From an uncultured Nitrospinota bacterium (GTDB lineage Bacteria > Tectomicrobia > Entotheonellia > J063 > CAVPRW01), in the NCBI GenBank assembly GCA_963707985.1, contig CAVPRW010000042.1:160001-224000 (forward strand): a DNA stretch of 64,000 nt, given 5' to 3'. Numbering within the stretch: the first letter of the stretch is position 1; each line of letters starts with the position of its first letter. The notes beneath the pieces are model-generated. The model saw only the letters and a list, made by a program, of their open reading frames with translations, was not told the origin of the DNA and did no database searches. This document shows positions 11,189-20,593 of this stretch, piece after piece. Position numbers and translations under genes: made by a program.

Positions 11189-11330
11189 CAGTCCTGGTGA
11201 TCTCCTCCAGGGAGGCCGCGACCTGGCCAGTGGCCCTCCGCACGCGTGCGATCATCTCGTGCCGCATCGTGACCATCTTCCGCAGGCTGGGCACGACGGG
11301 AAGGCGCATCATCACCGGGAGCCCGACCCC
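11120..11330 (-). pseudogene. Methyl-accepting chemotaxis protein signalling-domain fragment
   Basis: 'VRRATGQVAASLEEITRTVKQSAVNAAPANQLA' matches the MCP methylation helix; isolated fragment. Confidence 0.6.
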
Positions 11331-11646
11331 GATGATGGCGGCGGCCAACGTGAGGATCAGTGCCTCCCACTAGGCGAGCTGACTTAGGGCCTGGAGTTTC
11401 TGCGGCAGCTGGTCCGCCCGGCGTCGCTCGGCGGCAAGACCGCCGTTGTGCTCTGCCGCCAGGACGGTACCTCCCGCCTCACCAGCAGCTGCGAAAGATC
11501 CTCGCCCATCGCGGGAATTGACTCCGGTCCACAGGCGGTTAGCTCCCACCTCCATCACGCTGCAACCGCGGCAGATCGCCCCTGCGTGCACACCCACGGG
11601 AGGCAGGACGCTTGACGCCGACCCCCACGCCTGCCGCATAATTCGC

Positions 11647-11676
11647 TTGATCCTCGATTTTCGACCACGATATAAT
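11647..11676 (+). promoter_or_regulatory. Putative sigma70 promoter (TTGATC-18-TATAAT) upstream of the dioxygenase/MerB-like genes
   Basis: Perfect -10 TATAAT at 11671-11676 in an AT-richer intergenic patch. Confidence 0.4.
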
Positions 11677-11929
11677 GCGTTCCACATCTTGGAAGAGGAT
11701 TTCTCGATGCGAAACGACCACCTTCGCCAGGCTCGTGTACCGCAACGGTCCTCCTCCATAAGGTAACGCATTGGTGGCATCCCTATCGGAAGCGGCACTC
11801 GAGCGCGTTCTGGCCACCCTGACACCGGACACCATCACGAAGCCGGGAACACGGGCGTGACGGGGGGAACATCTCGCGGTCGTATAGGGTATGTGGGAGC
11901 GTCATGAGTGTTGCGAAGGAGCATGGAGC

Positions 11930-12496
11930 ATGGCTCACGACACCTTTGCACAATTCACTTGCGAGGTTGATGCGGTGGTGCGGTGCCAAGGGCAGCCCGA
12001 AGTCCTCGTCGGCCGCATCCGGCCCTTGTTGAGCCAACTACTGGAGAGACCTAACTGGCTCGACGAGCGGTATCGACGACCGGTGCCCGGCAAGCGTTAT
12101 AGCCAATATCTCTTGTACACGCCACCTGATGAAGCCTGGTCCATGGTGTCGTTCGTCTGGCCAGGTGGCGCCACCACACCGGTGCATGACCATGACACCT
12201 GGGGCGTCATCGGCGTGTACCAGGGACGGGAGCGTGAAACCCGATATGCCATCGTCGCGGGGAGCATGGCCGCCCGCCGGGTGTGCCTTGTTGAAACAGC
12301 AACTGCCACGATGCATCCCGGAGAAGTGGGCCAGGTCATCCCACCCGATGATCTCCATCGCGTCTCTAATGACGGCCACGAAGTGGCGGTCTCGGTGCAT
12401 GTGTATGGCACGAACATCGGCACGCAGAAACGGCACGTCATCGACCTCACCACCGGCGAAGTGAGGGATTTTGTCTCTGGGTATGACCCCTCGTGA
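11930..12496 (+). CDS. Thiol dioxygenase (Gln-type, 3-mercaptopropionate dioxygenase-like)
   Basis: YSQYLLY, SFVWPGG.TTPVHDH.TWGVIG, DLHRVSN and SVHVYGTNIG motifs. Confidence 0.85.
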   Translation: MAHDTFAQFTCEVDAVVRCQGQPEVLVGRIRPLLSQLLERPNWLDERYRRPVPGKRYSQYLLYTPPDEAWSMVSFVWPGGATTPVHDHDTWGVIGVYQGRERETRYAIVAGSMAARRVCLVETATATMHPGEVGQVIPPDDLHRVSNDGHEVAVSVHVYGTNIGTQKRHVIDLTTGEVRDFVSGYDPS

Positions 12497-12623
12497 GCCT
12501 GGCGAGGCGTCATGGCTGGCACTGCACAGGCCGGAGGATTGCGTTCCAACTCGCCGGCGGGTCACACGAAGCAAGCTGTCACCGTCCCATGCCCATCGGA
12601 CGACAGGAAGAGGAGGAGGCGGC

Positions 12624-13268
12624 ATGCCAGAGTTAGTCATGCTCGACAAGGCGTACCACACCACGATGCAGTACTTTATCAGCACTGGACAGGCACCGCA
12701 TTACACGGAATTGGCCAGGGACCTGGGATTGACCATGGAGGAGGGCAGACAACTGCTCCATGATCTGGTGGGCAGTGGCATCCCGGCTTGGCTGCACCCG
12801 CAGACGGATTATCTCGTCTCTTTTGCGCCCTTTCACAACCTGCCGACGCAGTACCGCATCAGTGTCGACGGCCAGCAGAAATGGTTTGCCCAGTGAGGCT
12901 TCGAGGCGCTGGCGGTACGCTGGCTGTTTCCGGGCAAGACGGTACGGGTCGACGCCCCATGTCTGGATTGTGGCGAACCCCTCGTGGTCGAGATGCGCGA
13001 CGAGCAAGTACTCTCCGTACGACCCAGTGGGCATCATGGGCTACGCCTACAGTGAGGTAGGGGGACCTCCAGAGAACTCGGGCCTGGCGTTGAGCGGGCA
13101 TGAACCTCTTCCGGTCGGAAGAGCATCCGCGCGCGCTGGGCGCAGTTCAACCCGGATTTCGAGACCAATCTCCAGCCCCTGGCCTATTGGCTGGAACGCT
13201 TCAGCGCCGAACGGTTCCGTATGCGCAGCCGTGCCGACTACATCTCGTGGCTGCGGGCGCAGCCGTAA
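12624..13268 (+). CDS. MerB-like (organomercurial-lyase family) protein with two probable Sec (UGA 12894-12896 and 13091-13093); about 3 single-base frameshifts
   Basis: N-terminal HTH-like segment, PFHNLPTQYRISVDGQQKWFAQ-U-GFEALA, CLDCGEPL and AWR-U-AGMNLFRSEEH align with the MerB layout; RBS AGGAGGAGG. Confidence 0.8.
12908..12924 (+). other. Candidate bacterial SECIS hairpin
   Basis: GCTGGCG-GTA-CGCTGGC (includes G:U pairs), G-first loop after an 18-nt spacer from UGA 12894. Confidence 0.65.
13100..13126 (+). other. Candidate bacterial SECIS hairpin
   Basis: ATG..CTCTTCC-GGTC-GGAAGAG-CAT, perfect 7-bp stem, G-first loop after a 19-nt spacer from UGA 13091. Confidence 0.75.
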
Positions 13269-13329
13269 GCGTCGGGAGAAGTGACACTCCTGTCTCGAGA
13301 CGCACGGGCCCATGCAGGAGGAGTGAGAC

Positions 13330-14253
13330 ATGATTCTCAAACAATACTACCTTAGCTGTCTGGCACACGCCTCGTATCTCATCGCCGACGAGCAGACGGG
13401 GACGGCGGTGGTCGTCGACCCGCAATGCTACATCGCCCAGTACGTGGAGGATGCGGCGCGACAAGGCCTCCACATCCGCTACGTTTTCCTGACGCACTTC
13501 CACGCGGACTTTCTGGCCGGGCACCTCGAACTGCGTGCTCGCACGGGCGCCACCATCTGTCTGGGCGCGCGTGCCGAGGCCGACTACCCCTTTAGACCGT
13601 TCAAGGATGGTGAGACCTTGGAGTATGGGACGGTCCGGCTGCAGATCCTCGAAACCCCCGGGCACACCCCGGAAGCGATCTGTATTCTGGTCTATGATCT
13701 CCACAAGGATGTTCACAACCCACATGCCGTCTTGACCGGCGACACACTCTTCATTGGCGATGTCGGGCGCCCCGACCTTCTGGCGTCGGTCGGCGCGTCG
13801 GCTGATGAGCTGGCCGGTATGCTCTACGACTCCTTGCACCAGAAGCTCTTGCCACTGCCGGATGACATTCTGGTCTATCCCGCCCACGGCGCAGGTTCCC
13901 TGTGTGGCAAGAACCTGAGTCAGGAGACGGTGTCGCCGCTGGCCGTGCAAAAACGGTACAACTATGCGTTACAGCTGATGAGCAAAGCCACATTCATCCG
14001 GTTTGTGACCGCCGATCAGCTGGACGCCCCCGCCTACTTCGCCTACGACGCCATGCTCAACCGGCGCGAGCGGCCCACCCTGGAGGCCGTGCTGGCACAG
14101 GAGCTCCAGCCGCTCTCCCTCGAGGCCGTGTTACGCCTGCGCCATACCGGGGCGCAGGTGCTGGACGCGTACCCGGAAGTCGCCATGCGTCTCTCCGACG
14201 TCTTCGAGCCAGCCAAGGAGATGGCCTTCCACGACTACGATGACCCCAACTGA
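13330..14253 (+). pseudogene. MBL-fold hydrolase / persulfide dioxygenase-like (normally rhodanese-fused), truncated at about 14165
   Basis: THFHADF, TPGHTPE, TGDTLFIGDVGRPDL and PAHGAGSLCG motifs; the rhodanese domain breaks off at 'AQVLD'. Confidence 0.8.
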
Positions 14254-14394
14254 TGCCATCTGGCCTGGGCCAATGGCCTGAGCCGTAACCGCAAGAACCT
14301 GGAGCGCTTCATCCAGTTTGCGTTGGAGCAAGGTCTGATCGACCGCTGGCTGGAGGTGGAAGAACTCTTCCATGAGACGACCCATCGTACCTGA
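14166..14394 (+). pseudogene. C-terminal remnant of a 4,5-dihydroxyphthalate decarboxylase-like / SBP-fold protein
   Basis: YPEVA..L..F..AK...DDPN*..LAW and NGLSRNRKNLERFIQFALEQGLI..LEVEELF. Confidence 0.55.
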
Positions 14395-14769
14395 TGCCGC
14401 TGGACTGGCGTCACAGCTCAGAGGGGCCTCGCTGGCCACCGCATCAGATCGCGCGCCACGGACGTGGGGGGTCGGGTGGAGCTACAGACGCCGCGTTTTC
14501 ATCGCATACGCAAGAATGTCAGTGCCATTGCGGGTGTTGATGTGACCATCGTGTAGGAGGACGGGAATGACGGATGCCGCATGCCGTCGAGGGGTGTGCC
14601 GCTGAGCCGCCTGCGAAATCTTCTGGAGGCCCTCTGTCTCCAATCACATCCAGCCGGCCGTGAAGAGCATGGCCCCCCGCTGCTCTGATGGGTATGCCAC
14701 CCCGAGCACGACGTCCTCAAGCGCGGCGATCAGATCTTTACCGAGCGCAGGCCCCACGTCGAATACCTC

Positions 14770-16217
14770 GTGAGGTGCCAGTCTCTTGAGACGAGAGGAG
14801 GGGAAGACACGCGTCAAGGAAGGCAAACGCCTGGAAGAGTGGTGCTGGGGATATGGGCCACGATGCTTCTCGTTTTCGGTGTGGTCGATGCTCAGGAAAC
14901 CGCCAGGGGACAGTCGAGTTACGCCCCTGTGGATATCAAAGAGGATTTCACCGCGATCATGACCCGCATGAAGGCGGCGAAAGCCGAAGTGATGCAGCGC
15001 CAGCTGGATTTCCTAGCGGAACGCTACGACTTGAGCAACCGTCCAGCGGCGGATGGGACGAGGATGTCGCGCGGCAAGCCCGTCCAGGAGGGGGTGCGGG
15101 TCAAACTGCCCGCGGGCGTGACCTGGGTACAAATAGCTGCCATGACGCCGGCGGACATCCGCGACAAAGGGCTGTTCCCCAAAGGGTTTCTGCCCCTGCC
15201 GCATCCCCACCACGCCGAAGGGGGTATGGTGTTTCCGGCCTTCCATATCGCGGAAATCAAACAGCAGGAAGAGCGCGATCTGACCCGCTTTGACCTCGAC
15301 TTCGATCTGCCTAATCACTTCCTGCTCGAGTTTCCAGCCCCCATCTATTTGACGACACGGCCCGACCTCGGTGACGTGTCCCAGGGCAAACTTGTCACCA
15401 TCGCCAACTATTACCAGCTCTTCAACGGCATCCTCAATCCTAAGCAGATCGAAGGGTTGCGACTCTTGTTAACCCCCTTCCCTCAACAGCAGTTCAACCA
15501 GACCGAAGATCGGCGCTCGGAACGACTAAGTCGTGGCGTGGCTTGTTTCGACTGCCATGCCAACGGGCACACCAATGCCTCTACCCACCTCGTGGGTGAT
15601 ATTCGCCCCCAGGAGTTCCGCCATCGCATCGACACACCATCGCTGCGCGGCGTGAATATCCAGCGGCTCTTTGGATCGCAACGGGCGTTGAAGTCAGTGG
15701 AGGATTTCACGGAATTTGAGCAGCGCGCCGCCTACTTCGACGGCGATCCAGTCATCGCCCAGAAGAAGGGGTCAACATCCTCGAGCGGGGCAGCCAGGTG
15801 CACTTCATTGCGGAATTTCAGGAATTGTTGGATTTTCCGCCAGCCCCCAAGCTTACGGTGTTAGGTCAGTTGGATCCGCAACAGGCCACCGAGGTGGAGC
15901 GGCGCGGGCAGGAGCTGTTCTTCGGTAAAGCCCAACGCAGCGCCTGCCATCCACCACCCTACTACACCGACAACCTCATGCATAATCTCAGAGCCGAGCG
16001 CTTCTATAAGTCCCAGCTGATCAACGGCCGGATAGCCGCCGCCGACGGTCCCATCAAGACCTTTCCCTTGCGCGGCATCAAAGACTCCCCGACCTATCTC
16101 CACGACGGCAGGCTGTTGACGTTGGAAGACACGGTCGAGTTTATCAATCTGACCCTGGGGGTGAAACTCAGCGCGCAGGAAAAGCAGGATCTCGTCGCCT
16201 GTCTGCGGGCGCTGTAA
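14770..16217 (+). CDS. Cytochrome c peroxidase-like c-type cytochrome, frameshift near 15770, start uncertain
   Basis: CFDCH heme motif, DTPSLRG and TFPLRGIKDSPTYLHDGRLLTLEDTVEF; second motif reads RSACH. Confidence 0.75.
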
Positions 16218-16263
16218 GGAGAGGCAAGGTCGGAGACCTGACAGCAGGCCAAGGCGGTACTAT

Positions 16264-17770
16264 TACTACAGTGGTAACAAGATAGATTATGCTGCCAGGG
16301 CCCCATCAGTGCCTCACGACGCTGATCATGGTAAGAGGTGGCGACGGTTTGGTGCCACCGGCGCCAGGACGACCAGGCGAGGATATGACGGGCGGTCTGC
16401 GGCACGGCCAAGACGAACCGCCAGAGCAACCTCCGCCATTCGGGGGACGCTCAGCGGGATGAGAGGCCGCGCCTGGCCTTGAACGCCGCCCTCGGATTCG
16501 CCTCCGATGGGGGCTGCAGACTGTTTTTTTAACGCCTCGACCGCTATTCTTCCTGCTCGCAGGACCGTCAGCAGGGCCAACGCCCACATCGCGAGCGTGA
16601 TATGCCGAGTACCAACCGGTCCAGCTCCGCACTTCATAGTGGTCCAGGCCGACTTCTCCCTTGGCCTCTTCAAAGCCGCTCTCAATGGTCCATCGGCGAC
16701 CCGGTCCACCCCCACCACCTCTGGCAAGGTCGTGACCTGCGGGGCAAAGACCACGTAGGCGGTCAAGTCCGTCGGATCGCTCGCACGCCGCCGGACCAGC
16801 AACCAGCGGCACCAGCCGGGCTCCAACGGCGGGGTCAGGGACCGCCAGTGCCAGTCGTACCAGCGGGGCCCTTTCGCCCCATCGCCGGCACTGAGGTGGG
16901 TCCAGCCGTCCTCCGGCAAGGTCGCCAGGAGGCGTTTGACCTGCCGTGGTTGCCATCCCAGCCAGACATATTCCTGGCCCGACACTGCCAGGACATAGGG
17001 CTGGGGGTGGGCTTCCAACCACCACCGCAGGCCCCGGTTATCGCCATACACGCAGTCACCCGTGACCGACGTGCGCGGGGCACGCCGGCCGCGAACGCGC
17101 GGGCCAGCTGCTGGCGGGCCAGCTGCGGCTTGGTGGCAAAGCGCCGGTCCTCCGGGATCCCCGCCTGCTTGCAGCGCACTCGATCGTTCGTCCACTCTTG
17201 GGGCAGATACAGTTCCCGGTCCACCAGCGCCTGGCCCAGTGGACTGGCATAGCTCAGCAACACGCCAATTTGGCAGTTCTCCACGTTGCCGACCGTCCCG
17301 GTGTACTGGCGGGCGACCCCGGCCGAGTGGCGCCTTTTTTTCACAAAGCCGGTTTCGTCGAGGACCAGCACGCCATGGGGTCGCCCAGGTGCTGGATGAC
17401 GTCGGTCCGCAGCTCATCGCGCGCAGCGTCGGCGTCCCAGTCGGCCCGCGTCAGCAAGTACTGAAAGCCGTACGGGGTGGGGTCACCGCAGCCTTCCGCG
17501 ACTTGCCAGCTGTTCTTGCGCTCCGCCTCGCTCAGCAGGCCGCGCAGATACGCCATGACTCGCTGGCGGACGGCGAGCGGCCGATATACCGGGCCAACCG
17601 CCGCGCATATGTCCGCCAGTAGGCCCGCCCCGTAATGCTGGTGGCGGTCGCATCGGTCGTCGTCAGTAGAGGTTTATCAGTCGCTTCTTGATCGGTTGCA
17701 GGGGTTCCGTCCTCCGTTCATGAGTCCGGAACGAAGATACCAGCATTAGGCGTTTGTTACCACTGTAGTA
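16264..17770 (-). mobile_element. IS701-family insertion sequence (frameshifted transposase)
   Basis: Perfect 17-bp TIRs TACTACAGTGGTAACAA (16264-16280 and 17754-17770), flanks CTAT/CTAG; LDETGF.K....[29 protein letters not shown] and [22 protein letters not shown]. Confidence 0.92.
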
Positions 17771-18340
17771 CTAGGGGAAAGTGACGCAAACTCTCGCCCG
17801 TGTGTTTGTCCGTCACCGTGATCGAGACAAAGCTCAGCGTCACGAGGTCCATACACCAGTGCAAACGATACTGGGTCCCCGGGCCCCGGGCTTGGATCCC
17901 ACTGGCATCGATGACCAGAAAGCGCCGCTGCGCGGGCAAGGCGCTGAGGGGAGACACCATGCGGGCCAGCACGGCTCGCACCCACGGCCGACAGGCGGCC
18001 AGACGCTCGGCCACGGCACTATCGGTGATGCGTTCCACCAACAGGCTGAAGTGGCCCGCCACCTCCCGTAGCGACTTATCGAGCCCACAATACAGCAACA
18101 CCAGCCGGAGCAATTGCACGGGCGTTTTGATCTTGCGCGCCCGCGTGAACGCCTTAAACTCGCGCGCCATTTGCATCGTCTCGTGTGGCAGGTCTTGCAA
18201 CAAATCCTCAAATAGCGTATCAACATCTTGGGGTGGCTGCAGCATGGTCGTCTCCTTCTTCTTGGGCACAAGAGGACATAGGATACCCATGCAGTATGCC
18301 ATCCCTTTCAAGCCTTTACCCACTTAACCTGGCGCCTATG
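17771..18340 (-). mobile_element. IS4-family element, 5' part only (interrupted by IS701)
   Basis: End CATAGGCGCCAGGTTAAG (18340-18323); AREFKAFTRARKIKTP..LLRLVL and LVIDASGIQ (first DDE Asp). Confidence 0.8.
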
Positions 18341-18476
18341 CCCCTCTTCCCCCAGGTGCCACTCCGACTCTTTCATTGTTGCGGACCACAAGTATCCAGT
18401 TGAAGGAGACCCATAGAAGCACATAGAGACACATCGATTATTCATGTGTCTTTACGTGCATCGATAGGTGCAGACT

Positions 18477-19064
18477 TTAGTACGTTCCGTTGATCAGTGA
18501 CAAAAAGTGGTGGATGATGCGGGCAGTGGCGCCCCAAATGACGTGGCCGTTGACGTGAAACTCATAATCTTCGATCGTGGCACCGTCGTCGCGGGCGCGA
18601 ACATATTTGCGCTGCACGGTCGGATCGGCCAGGGTGGAGAGCGAAGCGTCGAAGACTATAGCCACTTCAAGGGGATTCGGACGGAACGGGTACGGGTAAG
18701 GGATCAATCCAACGAAGGGCGAGATCGTAAAGCTGGTCGAAAATGTTGCCAGGTCGTCAAGTCTCCCCAAGATGCTGACGTGCTCCGGCTGGATTCCCAC
18801 CTCCTCGTAGCTCTCTCGCAGAGCGGTGGTCTGCAGATCGCCATCGGCCAGCTCAAAGGAACCTCCGGGAAACGACACCTGGCCCTTGTGTTGTCGAACC
18901 GTCTCGGTGCGCTTGGTAAACAGCAAGTGATAATCGGTAGCGTTCCTGAACAGGGGCAACAGGACTGCTGCCTGCCGGCGAAAGGGATCGGGGGGAACGA
19001 TGATCGGGATGCGACGAGTCAAGATTGATCGGAGGTGGTCGTCAGGGGCATGGTACGGGCTCAC
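18477..19064 (-). CDS. Nudix CoA pyrophosphatase (NudL/PCD1-like)
   Basis: AAVLLPL, LLFTKR...HKGQVSFPGG, ALRESYEEVG and IWGATARI motifs. Confidence 0.92.
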   Translation of the reverse strand: MSPYHAPDDHLRSILTRRIPIIVPPDPFRRQAAVLLPLFRNATDYHLLFTKRTETVRQHKGQVSFPGGSFELADGDLQTTALRESYEEVGIQPEHVSILGRLDDLATFSTSFTISPFVGLIPYPYPFRPNPLEVAIVFDASLSTLADPTVQRKYVRARDDGATIEDYEFHVNGHVIWGATARIIHHFLSLINGTY

Positions 19065-20047
19065 TCGCGCTCATCCTCGGCGTCCTCGTCCCAGTCAGCA
19101 TCATCGTCGGCGTCAAAATCCATGACATCATCCTCTTCCAGGGCCTCGGTGTATTCGCCGCGCGCGATAGCAGCAGCAATGCCGAGCTCTTCAATGGCAT
19201 CGTGGGCCACTTCAGCTACCTCGGGGTCAGCATCGCGGGTACAGCGTTGCAGCGTATGCAGGGCACGCTCGTCACCAATCTTGCCCAGGGCCCAGATGGC
19301 TTCTAGGCGGATGTCGCGGTCCATATCAAAGCACATCTTTTGTAGCGCCGGGACGGCAGAGATGATCTGAGCTTCGCCGCAGGCGCTGATGGCCTCGACG
19401 CGAAACTCCTTATCCGACTCGTCCAGGCCGCGCAAGAGGTAGCCATGCCAGCGCTCCAGCCCACTGCGTCCCATAGCGAACAGAGAGCTGAGCTGCATGC
19501 GTTGATCAGCCGCGAAATAGCCCTGCTCGATCAGGTTTAGCACCTTCGGGTCATCCGTGCAGAAGCTCAGGGCTTCGAGCGCGAAGCGGCGCACCGTAAT
19601 ACTCTCACCCTCGTCGGTGGAGGCTTCGAACAGGGCGCGCTTGACCCGCTGGGCCAAGGGCTGATCCAATTCCTCCATGACAAAGCCTTCATACATGTAT
19701 CGCCCAAGAACCATAGCGGCCCGACCGCGCACCTCCTCATCGATGTCAAACCAGAAAGTATTGAGAATGCGGTCTAGGTGCTCTTCGTCGGGGTAATACC
19801 ACATCGCCTCCACAGAGCATCGACGGACCTCAGGGTCAGGATGATTCATGAGCATGGTATAGATGGGTGCCCGATTCTCGGAGTAGTTCTCCTCCTCCGC
19901 CTCGCTGAGCTCGCGAATGCGCTGGCGTTGGGAGGGCAAATCCAATGCCGCAAATTCGGCTAGGAACGCCTCCGTTGCCTGTGGGTCTGTCGATGCGTTG
20001 TGCGAAGAATCTTGTCTACCCGATTGGTCCCAAGAGTCCCTGTCCAT
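19061..20047 (-). CDS. HEAT/PBS-lyase repeat protein with acidic tail
   Basis: Repeated D.D.EVR..A..ALG motifs. Confidence 0.85.
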   Translation of the reverse strand: MDRDSWDQSGRQDSSHNASTDPQATEAFLAEFAALDLPSQRQRIRELSEAEEENYSENRAPIYTMLMNHPDPEVRRCSVEAMWYYPDEEHLDRILNTFWFDIDEEVRGRAAMVLGRYMYEGFVMEELDQPLAQRVKRALFEASTDEGESITVRRFALEALSFCTDDPKVLNLIEQGYFAADQRMQLSSLFAMGRSGLERWHGYLLRGLDESDKEFRVEAISACGEAQIISAVPALQKMCFDMDRDIRLEAIWALGKIGDERALHTLQRCTRDADPEVAEVAHDAIEELGIAAAIARGEYTEALEEDDVMDFDADDDADWDEDAEDERE

Positions 20048-20168
20048 CGCTCACCTACCCAATGCCATGAGGAATAACCCGACCGACAGCGCGCAAGTAC
20101 GCTTGTAGTGCTCTAAGCTCATGATACCACATCAACCTGATGGCGCTAGCGAAATTTTCCCACACAGG

Positions 20169-20441
20169 TTAGAAATACCGACGTCGCTCGCGGTTCAGCT
20201 CCTCCGGGGGCAACAGGCTGATTTTGCGCTGCAGATCCCGGTGCCAGGCGTCGATTTTCGCCAAATTCCGCGACTTAGCCTCTTCATCCAAACCGGACGA
20301 TTCGACGAAACTACGAGCACTCTCACAAAGTGTGCTGGCGCGATGGAGATTCCCTTGAAATTCCTCCTTACTGATTTTGACGTAGAATTCGGTCACTTTC
20401 GCGTCGCGGAAAAAACCTTGAATCGTTTCCCATAACCCCAT
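20169..20441 (-). CDS. Hypothetical protein
   Basis: 90-aa ORF with RBS GAGGG and coding-like composition, co-oriented with neighbours. Confidence 0.6.
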   Translation of the reverse strand: MGLWETIQGFFRDAKVTEFYVKISKEEFQGNLHRASTLCESARSFVESSGLDEEAKSRNLAKIDAWHRDLQRKISLLPPEELNRERRRYF

Positions 20442-20593
20442 GGTCGTGCCCTCGTGAAGGTGAACGTAGGTCACCCTCCAATCCTCTATCTACGTCCAGG
20501 TCCACGATTGTTCCCATTCACGCCTCGAGGTCTCTGGCGTGGATGCTGTACAGAATCACGTACGTATGATCATTGTCCGTGCTCGTGGGTTAC

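Noticed and set aside
8997..13093. Alternative genetic code (UGA = Trp/Gly) as the explanation for read-through
   Set aside because: Many genes in the window end normally at TGA, and the read-through UGAs fall at Cys-type positions with hairpins.
12624..13268. Classical mer mercury-resistance operon
   Set aside because: No merA, merR, merT or merP in the window, so the gene is only called MerB-like.
14251..14253. In-frame TGA (DDPN*CHLAW) as a fifth selenocysteine
   Set aside because: It lies in a deleted gene remnant, the position looks like a Trp codon (TGG to TGA), and I see no convincing hairpin at SECIS distance.
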